Below, piece by piece: positions 9,021 through 15,222 of a stretch of 32,878 nt of DNA. This DNA comes from a virus (taxonomy: Duplodnaviria; Caudoviricetes), in IMG/VR virus record IMGVR_UViG_3300032290_000887, positions 1 through 32,878 of that record; one strand, 5' to 3'. A model generated the notes under the pieces. It saw nothing but the letters and a program-made list of their open reading frames with translations. It was not told where the DNA came from and ran no database searches. Both the position numbers and the translations under genes were made by a program. How positions within the stretch are numbered: the first letter of the stretch is position 1; each line of letters begins with the position of its first letter.

Positions 9021-9075
9021 ACCAAAATGAATTAACATTTTGGACTTGGTGTTGCGTACACCAAATAAAACGATA

Positions 9076-10482
9076 TTAGACCTTGTATCGGTCAGACATA
9101 ATGGCTTTCAACATAATAGCTTCTGGAGTAAACTCTGAAGTATCTGCTGCAAGAATTGCTTTAACGATTGAAGGACTGAACCCTGAAACCAAAGCAACAC
9201 CTGATTCATCATGCTTAACAGGTACGTTATCTGATGAATTGATATTCCAAAAAACAACTTTAGGAACTTCATAACCATTTGAGGTGAATTGACGAGCAAT
9301 CATCTCCATGGCCGAATCATCATGTTCTACACAAGCATTGAATTGCATATCAGACAGAATCAACAGCATTGATGGCATATCTTCCTGTGGTACTTTGCCT
9401 TTTACAGCAACATTTAAAATCTTCATCATGGCTTTCACCAAGTCAGTAGACATACCCCATTCGGATCTAACCATTTGATCCATCTTCTGAATGACATTAC
9501 CTTTTAGGTTAAGCAATTGCGGATCACTTGAGAATGTTAAAAAGGTGTCTTTGAAAACTCCTTTGTTCTTATCTGCAAGGTATAAACCAAGAGATACAGA
9601 AACATCCATACATGATACTGAACTGTTACGACCAGCAGGGCATGACATAGAACCAGAAACGTCAACTAAAGGTAATACATTCGCATCACCAACAAAATTC
9701 TCTAAAGCATCCCATTGGGCTACAATGTGGTCTTTTTCGGTTTTGTTGAATGAACCGTATGCTACGCCTTTCAATACATCATAAGGGAATACTGCACCAG
9801 CATTCACCTTAACTTTTGGATCGGTACCTTTAACCAATTCAGCCACATACTCCGCAAACTTTTCAGTATTACGGTAGAATGCTTTCTTATAGCGGGTTGC
9901 CGCCAAAGAAGGCACATGGCTGAAATTGATGTTATCCCAATCCTTAGCACACATTTGAGATTCTACCACTTTAGTCATTTCAACCAAAGACTTACGATAG
10001 AACTTAGGTGTCATGCCGAAGAACTCACGGATTTCACGAGCAACTTCACCTTTGCGGGGTGTCCATTTTGCCGCCAATCCGTTTTTAGCTCTCAGAGCAT
10101 CACCAAGCAAAGTATATGCTTGTGACTTCAATTCAGAAGTCTGGAAAACAAATAGGTCATCCCAACGACCAACTTCAGGTACTTTCCCAAGCAGCTTCAT
10201 TGCCAAATCAGGACGATTGTTTTCCAAATACTTCAGAATCTGGCGAAACAACTCACGTTCGCCAGCGCCACCACGAACATCACGAGACCATAAGGCAACT
10301 CGCAATGCTAATTCTTCATCCTGCACCAAAGCAGAAACGAAGTCAGCTGTGATATCTTTACCACGGCTGGCACCGATTTTATAGAACAAATCAACTACAG
10401 CATTAGCTGTTGATTTGCGAGCTTTCATACCATTGTCGGTACGAGCTTCTTGATTTTGAACTGCGTTTACAAATGAATTCAT
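9076..10482 (-). CDS. Ro60/TROVE-related protein with C-terminal vWA domain (DUF2828-like)
   Basis: RDVRGGAGER, GRWDDL and LAAKWTPR motifs; MIDAS DVSGSMS; ILSDMQF; VVFWN; LVSGFSP. Confidence 0.85.
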   Translation of the reverse strand: MNSFVNAVQNQEARTDNGMKARKSTANAVVDLFYKIGASRGKDITADFVSALVQDEELALRVALWSRDVRGGAGERELFRQILKYLENNRPDLAMKLLGKVPEVGRWDDLFVFQTSELKSQAYTLLGDALRAKNGLAAKWTPRKGEVAREIREFFGMTPKFYRKSLVEMTKVVESQMCAKDWDNINFSHVPSLAATRYKKAFYRNTEKFAEYVAELVKGTDPKVKVNAGAVFPYDVLKGVAYGSFNKTEKDHIVAQWDALENFVGDANVLPLVDVSGSMSCPAGRNSSVSCMDVSVSLGLYLADKNKGVFKDTFLTFSSDPQLLNLKGNVIQKMDQMVRSEWGMSTDLVKAMMKILNVAVKGKVPQEDMPSMLLILSDMQFNACVEHDDSAMEMIARQFTSNGYEVPKVVFWNINSSDNVPVKHDESGVALVSGFSPSIVKAILAADTSEFTPEAIMLKAIMSDRYKV

Positions 10483-10503
10483 AATATTACTTCCTCAATT
10501 TAA

Positions 10504-10554
10504 CAGGTTAACTTTTTCAAGTTGGCTTTGAATTTTATTGCTGAACTTAACCTA
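10504..10554 (-). ncRNA. CAGCAA hairpin RNA, copy A (directly 5' of the Ro60-like gene)
   Basis: AGGTTAA/TTAACCT stem enclosing GTTCAGCAA...AAAAAG. Confidence 0.6.
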
Positions 10555-10561
10555 AAAACAA

Positions 10562-10657
10562 CAGGATGGTTTCTACTTTTTGATTAGAGTGAGAAAATCG
10601 AAACTCACTATCCGATGGCGATTTTACCCGCCGAGTAGTTTTGCTGCAGCCATCCTA
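10562..10657 (-). ncRNA. CAGCAA hairpin RNA, copy B
   Basis: AGGATGG/CCATCCT stem enclosing CTGCAGCAA, internal hairpins, AAAAAG. Confidence 0.65.
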
Positions 10658-10662
10658 AACCT

Positions 10663-10736
10663 TGGAGCGAGATATCAGAATCGAACTGATAACAACAGAT
10701 TGGAAATCTATAGTTTTACCATTAAACTAATCTCGC
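10663..10736 (-). tRNA. tRNA-Gly (TCC)
   Basis: Cloverleaf, U73, CCA. Confidence 0.92.
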
Positions 10737-10745
10737 CTACTTAAA

Positions 10746-11222
10746 CTATGCTGCTTTATCTAATACGAATTTTAAACGATCCGCAGCGAAAGATGCGGCA
10801 AACGCTTGAGGTTTTACCAGAGGGATAACATTACACATACCTCTGATGTACCCAACTGCCTCATTGATAACGCATGAGCTACCGTGCATTTCATCGGGAT
10901 TAATATCCAAATGTACCTCAACATCACGGTCTTCCAAAACGTCTTTCAACTTCAAATACAATTCGGCAATTTTGTATACCTCATTCATTAATCGCATTCT
11001 TGGTTTGTCTTTTCTTTGATCCCAATCTCTTTCAGTTTGGACTTCACCAAAGATTTTACAACCATTCTTACCATTAATATGTACTACAATAGCCAATGTG
11101 TAATCAGCATACCAATCTTCACCAATGAGGAAACGAGCAGAGTCCGCACCGATATAAATCTTAGTCTCAGGGCTTTGTGCCTCGATAAACTCTTTCACTT
11201 CATTAATGTCAATCTTACGCAT
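10746..11222 (-). CDS. RNase H-like YkuK (DUF458) family protein
   Basis: IYIGADS, AIVVH, RLMNEV, VEVHLDIN, AASFAADR motifs. Confidence 0.8.
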   Translation of the reverse strand: MRKIDINEVKEFIEAQSPETKIYIGADSARFLIGEDWYADYTLAIVVHINGKNGCKIFGEVQTERDWDQRKDKPRMRLMNEVYKIAELYLKLKDVLEDRDVEVHLDINPDEMHGSSCVINEAVGYIRGMCNVIPLVKPQAFAASFAADRLKFVLDKAA

Positions 11223-11245
11223 GATTACTACTCCTTTAAAAAACT

Positions 11246-11319
11246 TGGAGCGGGTAGAGAGAATCGAACTCTCAAATACACCTTGGCAAGGTGTCAGGTT
11301 ACCTTTACATCATACCCGC
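11246..11319 (-). tRNA. tRNA-Gly (GCC)
   Basis: Cloverleaf, CCA. Confidence 0.92.
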
Positions 11320-11325
11320 ATAACT

Positions 11326-11400
11326 TGGCACCGCCCGAAGGATTCGAACCCTCACCAGCTGATTTGGAGTCAGTTGTGCTGCCGTTGACACTAGAGCGAT
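11326..11400 (-). tRNA. tRNA-Trp (CCA)
   Basis: CT-CCA-AA loop, G73, CCA. Confidence 0.92.
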
Positions 11401-11409
11401 AATAAACAA

Positions 11410-11472
11410 CAGGATAGATTTTAACTTTTCAAATTAGAAGTTTGATGTTTTAAATTTGCTGTTACTATCCTA
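11410..11472 (-). ncRNA. CAGCAA hairpin RNA, copy C
   Basis: AGGATAG/CTATCCT stem (compensatory change) enclosing TAACAGCAA...GAAAAG. Confidence 0.65.
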
Positions 11473-11476
11473 AAAC

Positions 11477-11553
11477 TGGTACAGAGTATTGGGCTTGAAC
11501 CAATGACCTACGCCTTATCAAGACGTTGCTACTACCAACTGAGCTAACTCTGC
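11477..11553 (-). tRNA. tRNA-Ile (GAT)
   Basis: Cloverleaf, CCA. Confidence 0.92.
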
Positions 11554-11562
11554 ATTAATACT

Positions 11563-11637
11563 TGGCAGGTCCTGAGGGAATCAAACCCCCACTTTTTCGT
11601 TCGTAGCGAAATGTAATATTCATTTTACTAAGGACCT
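11563..11637 (-). tRNA. tRNA-Arg (ACG)
   Basis: TTTCG-CTACGAA-CGAAA arm, CCA; slightly atypical D and T loops. Confidence 0.85.
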
Positions 11638-11643
11638 AAAACT

Positions 11644-11720
11644 TGGTGGTGAAAGTAGGATTCGAACCTACGACCGTTACCGTATGAAGGTACTGCTCTA
11701 CCAAACTAAGCTACATCACC
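11644..11720 (-). tRNA. tRNA-Met (CAT)
   Basis: Cloverleaf, TT-CAT-AC loop, CCA. Confidence 0.9.
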
Positions 11721-11724
11721 ATAA

Positions 11725-11799
11725 TGGTGGACCGTGAGAGAATCGAACTCTCAATTTCTGGTTGCAAACCAGATGTGTTCCCATTAGCACTAACAGCCC
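11725..11799 (-). tRNA. tRNA-Ala (TGC)
   Basis: G3:U70 identity pair, CCA. Confidence 0.93.
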
Positions 11800-11804
11800 G
11801 AAAC

Positions 11805-11880
11805 TGGTCTGAGTACAAGGATTCGAACCTTGGACGCCTGGTCCCAAACCAGGTATGTTACCAGACTACACTATACTCAG
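11805..11880 (-). tRNA. tRNA-Pro (TGG)
   Basis: C1-G72, TT-TGG-GA loop, CCA. Confidence 0.93.
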
Positions 11881-11891
11881 ATATAAAACAA

Positions 11892-11947
11892 CAGGATGGA
11901 ATTTTCTTTTTATCAATAAAAGTTTTTTTGTTGCTGTTACCATCCTA
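11892..11947 (-). ncRNA. CAGCAA hairpin RNA, copy D
   Basis: AGGATGG/CCATCCT stem enclosing TAACAGCAA...AAAAAG. Confidence 0.65.
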
Positions 11948-11952
11948 AAACT

Positions 11953-12036
11953 TGGTGCGTCAGGTAGGGATCGAACCTACTTGTCCTAAAACCACGGGGT
12001 TACAGCCCGCTGCCCTGCCATTAGAGCATCCAACGC
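11953..12036 (-). tRNA. tRNA-Tyr (GTA)
   Basis: Long variable arm, CT-GTA-AC loop, CCA. Confidence 0.9.
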
Positions 12037-12044
12037 ATTAAAAC

Positions 12045-12121
12045 TGGCTGCCTCGGGTGGGCTCGAACCACCGACATCCTGATTAACAGTCAGGCGCAAC
12101 TACCAACTGTGCTACAAGGCA
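12045..12121 (-). tRNA. tRNA-Asn (GTT)
   Basis: Cloverleaf, G73, CCA. Confidence 0.93.
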
Positions 12122-12128
12122 ATAAAAC

Positions 12129-12205
12129 TGGTTGCGGAGTGATGGATTCGAACCACCGACCTACAGCTTATGAGGCTGCCGGGATGACCTCTTCCCTAAC
12201 CCGCA
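12129..12205 (-). tRNA. tRNA-Met (CAT), initiator-like
   Basis: TGCGGG...CCGCA-ACCA acceptor resembles tRNA-fMet; one bulged nt in the acceptor stem. Confidence 0.85.
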
Positions 12206-12214
12206 ATTAAAACT

Positions 12215-12331
12215 TGGTGTCGCACTCAGGATTCGAACCTGAACCACTTCCTTTTCGATGGAATTTTGGTATGCTGTTTATATTCTTGTCAGAATACGTT
12301 AATAAGTGTGCTACCATTACACTAATGCGAC
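12215..12331 (-). ncRNA. tRNA-like RNA with the anticodon arm replaced by a ~55-nt insert
   Basis: Acceptor GTCGCAT/GTGCGAC-A-CCA, D arm TAGTGTAATGGTAGCAC, T arm TCAGG-TTCGAAT-CCTGA; 117 nt. Confidence 0.8.
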
Positions 12332-12340
12332 ATTAAAACT

Positions 12341-12414
12341 TGGTGCCCCTACACAGAATCGAACTGCAAACTCCGGATTACAAAACCAGCGTTATACCAT
12401 TTAACTATAAGGGC
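12341..12414 (-). tRNA. tRNA-Thr (TGT)
   Basis: Cloverleaf, CCA. Confidence 0.92.
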
Positions 12415-12420
12415 GAAACT

Positions 12421-12495
12421 TGGCGACTCGTGGGAGAATCGAACTCCCGTAAGAGGATAGACAATCCTCTGTAATGACCATTATACTAACGAGCC
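12421..12495 (-). tRNA. tRNA-Asp (GTC)
   Basis: Cloverleaf, G73, CCA. Confidence 0.93.
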
Positions 12496-12496
12496 A

Positions 12497-12572
12497 TCAT
12501 ATTGAAGTACACTTGTGATTTATGCGCCGAATCGGATCTCTGAGAAAGGAGAACAAATGTACTTCAATATGA
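12497..12572. repeat. ATATTGAA long-stem hairpin, copy 1
   Basis: TCATATTGAAGTACA...TGTACTTCAATATGA inverted repeat filling the Lys-Asp spacer. Confidence 0.75.
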
Positions 12573-12576
12573 CAAC

Positions 12577-12650
12577 TGGTGGGGGCACAGAGAATCGAAC
12601 TCTGATAGACCGGTTAAAAGCCGGATATTCTACCTTTGAATTATACCCCC
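12577..12650 (-). tRNA. tRNA-Lys (TTT)
   Basis: Cloverleaf, CCA. Confidence 0.92.
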
Positions 12651-12708
12651 AAAAGTTTGTCACTCTTGTCACTATCCATGACAATACTCCTATAAAAAAC
12701 AAACAATA

Positions 12709-12783
12709 TGGTACACCGTATGGGTTACGATCCCATCTAGCCACCTTGAAAGGGTGGTGACCTCACCAGAAGTCTAACGGTGC
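12709..12783 (-). tRNA. tRNA-Glu (TTC)
   Basis: CCACC-CTTTCAA-GGTGG arm, CCA; atypical T loop ATCGTAA. Confidence 0.85.
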
Positions 12784-12803
12784 ATTAAAATTTACTACTT
12801 CAA

Positions 12804-12816
12804 TTTTTAAAGAACA
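12804..12816 (-). promoter_or_regulatory. boxA antitermination element
   Basis: TGTTCTTTAAAAA (rrn boxA consensus TGCTCTTTAACAA) between the promoter and tRNA-Glu. Confidence 0.7.
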
Positions 12817-12842
12817 TTTACTGCATTTCTTACTATGTGTCC

Positions 12843-12870
12843 ATTATACATGAACCACTCAATAAGTCAA
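12843..12870 (-). promoter_or_regulatory. sigma70-type promoter internal to the tRNA array; TGTTG-N6-CAACA variant at 12884-12899
   Basis: TTGACT-N16-TATAAT. Confidence 0.85.
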
Positions 12871-12914
12871 CAACTATTTTCATTGTTGCCTAAACAACAC
12901 TAAGACTACCTTAC

Positions 12915-12992
12915 TGGAAGTGCGAGTCAGATTTGAACTGACGATTTTACGGACTTGCAAACCGTTGCTTTTGACCACTCAGCCATCGCACT
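12915..12992 (-). tRNA. tRNA-Cys (GCA)
   Basis: U73, TT-GCA-AG loop, CCA. Confidence 0.9.
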
Positions 12993-13000
12993 ATTAAAAA

Positions 13001-13087
13001 TGGCGGGTAGTATAGGATTCGAACCTATGCACCTTTACGGTGGACGGCTTAGCAAGCCGCTGCCTTCGACCACTCAGCCAACTACCC
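13001..13087 (-). tRNA. tRNA-Ser (GCT)
   Basis: Long variable arm, G73, CCA. Confidence 0.93.
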
Positions 13088-13678
13088 ATTTCCGTTACTA
13101 AAACCTACCTTACCGCCTTGTGCTTCAATTCTCTTAATTACATCTTCAAAAAGAATCGGTGCAAAATCTGTCTGTTCTACGCATACACAATGATAACGTG
13201 GATCAATTTCCGTTTCGCTGTAGATAATTTCTCCAGTCGGATAATTAATACCTTTCGCCTTCATAACACGATTCGTATGGAGGTGTCCATGAATGTTTAC
13301 ACCAAATCTTCCAAGATTTTCTGGATGAAGTGGAATATGGCTAAGAATCATTCCGTTCATTACATGATAAGCACGAAGCTCTCTGAAATGTTCACGATAT
13401 TCATCATCTTTAAAAATATCATGGTTACCACGAATCAGTACTTTGTCACCATTAAGTCTACGCATAATACCAAGGCTTTTGCGTTTCATCACTACATCGC
13501 CAAGATGATATACTTTGTCGTTCTTTCCTACTCTTTCATTCCAGAGTTTGACCATTGCTTCATCCATTTCATCAGGATCAGTCCATGGTCTAATCTTAAC
13601 TCCGGTATCTTGGTGTGTAAAACGACATACACCAGCATGACCGAAATGTGTATCACTTACAAGAAATACAGCCGGCAT
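13082..13678 (-). CDS. Calcineurin-like metallophosphoesterase
   Basis: SDTHFGH, HLGD, GNHD, SHIP and HGHLH motifs. Confidence 0.92.
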   Translation of the reverse strand: MPAVFLVSDTHFGHAGVCRFTHQDTGVKIRPWTDPDEMDEAMVKLWNERVGKNDKVYHLGDVVMKRKSLGIMRRLNGDKVLIRGNHDIFKDDEYREHFRELRAYHVMNGMILSHIPLHPENLGRFGVNIHGHLHTNRVMKAKGINYPTGEIIYSETEIDPRYHCVCVEQTDFAPILFEDVIKRIEAQGGKVGFSNGNG

Positions 13679-13688
13679 AATCTTCTCC

Positions 13689-14156
13689 TTATCTTATTCT
13701 TCCATCAACAACTTTCTGAATTTGATTATGTGGTACACCAGTAATATGAATACCTGGAGACTTTTGACCTCTACCACTTTCATCAAAATAATTTATAAAA
13801 CTTACACCAAATCTTTCAAAGTTAACATTCGTTGTATGATAAGCACCAATCGTAATTACATGATTTGGTTTTCTCATCTTTTTAGAATGTACTTCTTTTA
13901 ATACCTGTCGTATCGTCTCAGCACCTAGACTGAAACCATATAACTCATACGGTTTGTTAATTTCACCAATTAACTTTACTGCCTGTTTATTCTGGTCTGC
14001 ATTGTATATTACCCAACACATATTGTGGTAATATGCATACTCAATAAATATCACTTCATCAAACATTCTATTTGCACCACGAAACCCAAAAATGTAGGTA
14101 TCACAAGCAAACACATTCATTGAAACAAACAACAACAAGAATAATAATTTTTTCAT
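13689..14156 (-). CDS. Secreted alpha/beta-hydrolase-like protein
   Basis: True start MKKLLFLLLF at 14156 (the track extension runs through tRNAs); signal peptide; GFSLG nucleophile elbow. Confidence 0.65.
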   Translation of the reverse strand: MKKLLFLLLFVSMNVFACDTYIFGFRGANRMFDEVIFIEYAYYHNMCWVIYNADQNKQAVKLIGEINKPYELYGFSLGAETIRQVLKEVHSKKMRKPNHVITIGAYHTTNVNFERFGVSFINYFDESGRGQKSPGIHITGVPHNQIQKVVDGRIR

Positions 14157-14169
14157 AACTTTACTTATA

Positions 14170-14262
14170 TGGCGGGCGGCAGAGGAGTCGAACCCCATCC
14201 CCATTACAGAGAACCTGGTTTTCAAGGCCAGTCGCAGGACCATCCCCGCTGCATTACCACCC
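14170..14262 (-). tRNA. tRNA-Ser (TGA) with 8/4 fold
   Basis: CT-TGA-AA loop, long variable arm, G73, CCA; 8-bp acceptor and 4-bp T stem. Confidence 0.85.
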
Positions 14263-14336
14263 ATATTGAAATACACTTCTGATTCTGTTCGGTAAAACAG
14301 AATGTTGGCTAGCCTACCTGAAATGTACTTCAATAT
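14263..14336. repeat. ATATTGAA long-stem hairpin, copy 2
   Basis: ATATTGAAATACA...TGTACTTCAATAT exactly fills the Gln-Ser spacer. Confidence 0.75.
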
Positions 14337-14412
14337 TGGCAGGGGGTACTGGATTCGAACCAGTGCTGTCGATTTCAAAGACCGATACCTTAGGCCACTA
14401 GGTGAACCCCCA
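14337..14412 (-). tRNA. tRNA-Gln (TTG)
   Basis: CT-TTG-AA loop, G73, CCA, U1:U72 mismatch. Confidence 0.9.
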
Positions 14413-14428
14413 ACAAAAACTGCATAAA

Positions 14429-14440
14429 TTTTTAAAGAGC
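14429..14440 (-). promoter_or_regulatory. boxA antitermination element
   Basis: GCTCTTTAAAAA just 3' of the attenuator terminator. Confidence 0.7.
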
Positions 14441-14443
14441 GGT

Positions 14444-14482
14444 AAAACAAAAAACCCTAGAAACTTTCGTTTACTAGGGTTT
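14444..14482 (-). terminator. Intrinsic terminator of the attenuator upstream of the tRNA array
   Basis: AAACCCTAG...CTAGGGTTT stem followed by TTTGTTTT; 5' arm can alternatively pair with GGGTTTGTG at 14518-14526. Confidence 0.85.
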
Positions 14483-14509
14483 GTGATGAATTAGATTTTA
14501 TCTAATATA

Positions 14510-14638
14510 CTACGATACACAAACCCCATTTGATCCAATAAAGCCGCTATTCTCATTTTTTGATGAGCGATAATCGGCCGGCCATGTCGCTAAGGACTGG
14601 CAAGGAGATATTGAGAGTGTATGTATAGTTTTCATCAT
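14510..14638 (-). CDS. Putative attenuator leader peptide (42 aa)
   Basis: MMKTIHTLSISPCQSLATWPADYRSSKNENSGFIGSNGVCVS; starts 6 nt after the -10 box and ends over the antiterminator strand. Confidence 0.65.
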   Translation of the reverse strand: MMKTIHTLSISPCQSLATWPADYRSSKNENSGFIGSNGVCVS

Positions 14639-14644
14639 AGTCCT

Positions 14645-14673
14645 AGTATATATGCTTTTTGTTCTGTAGTCAA
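14645..14673 (-). promoter_or_regulatory. sigma70-type promoter at the head of the tRNA array
   Basis: TTGACT-N17-TATACT. Confidence 0.8.
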
Positions 14674-14704
14674 GCACTTTTTTCACTATTACCTAAAAAT
14701 ATTT

Positions 14705-14992
14705 TCACTTTACTATTGTATTCTTATCTTTAACAACTTCACCATTCGGATGAATATAGGCAACAAAGCCATCTTCATCTTTGAATGCTACTCCTTCCCA
14801 AAAATACTCTTTTTTCTTAAAATGAGCAATCTGTTCTTCGGTAAATTCAGATACATCCATTCGCATTTCACCTAAGTGCTCTTGCCAATTGTCATCGGCT
14901 ACATTAGCGATACGGAATGCTTCATCTTTATTTTCGGCCTCGACCACATGAACCATACGGAAGACACCGATGCTTTCAACAATGTATTTCAT
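14705..14992 (-). CDS. Hypothetical protein
   Basis: AAGGA RBS, operon packing. Confidence 0.75.
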   Translation of the reverse strand: MKYIVESIGVFRMVHVVEAENKDEAFRIANVADDNWQEHLGEMRMDVSEFTEEQIAHFKKKEYFWEGVAFKDEDGFVAYIHPNGEVVKDKNTIVK

Positions 14993-14994
14993 AA

Positions 14995-15222
14995 TTATCC
15001 TTTAACAGAAATTTTCACTCGCATAAACCATGCTAAAACAATAACTGCACACCAAGTACTGAAAGTATAAGGAATCTCCAGAATTGGGAATAACGTATTT
15101 AATGCCCAAACGACAAAAAGCGGGCCTAAAGTAAAAATTGCAACAACCAGCATGATAGCAACTAACCCGCCAGCTGCTAGCATAGCGTTTTCCTTGAGTT
15201 TATCCGACATTTTCATCTCCAA
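14995..15222 (-). CDS. Small membrane protein
   Basis: Two hydrophobic segments; exact start uncertain. Confidence 0.7.
   Translation of the reverse strand: MEMKMSDKLKENAMLAAGGLVAIMLVVAIFTLGPLFVVWALNTLFPILEIPYTFSTWCAVIVLAWFMRVKISVKG

Noticed and set aside
9047-9065. Hairpin TTGGTGT/ACACCAA after the Ro60-like gene as a terminator
   Set aside because: No U tract on the transcribed strand, and tRNAs continue downstream.
12215-12331. tmRNA or group I intron-containing tRNA
   Set aside because: Far too short, has a full D arm, no G3:U70 pair, and no tag ORF or intron core.
11206-12760. ORFs overlapping the tRNA array (11206..11388, 11724..11948, 12515..12760, 12520..12744)
   Set aside because: They run through clear tRNA cloverleaves.
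8191-14412. Stop-codon reassignment, suppressor tRNA or tRNA-Sec
   Set aside because: No CTA, TTA or TCA anticodons were found (TAG, TAA and TGA anticodons are Leu, Leu and Ser), and long genes end normally at TAG, TAA and TGA.
14157-14450. N-terminal extension of ORF 13689..14450
   Set aside because: It crosses tRNA-Gln and tRNA-Ser; the signal peptide begins at 14156.
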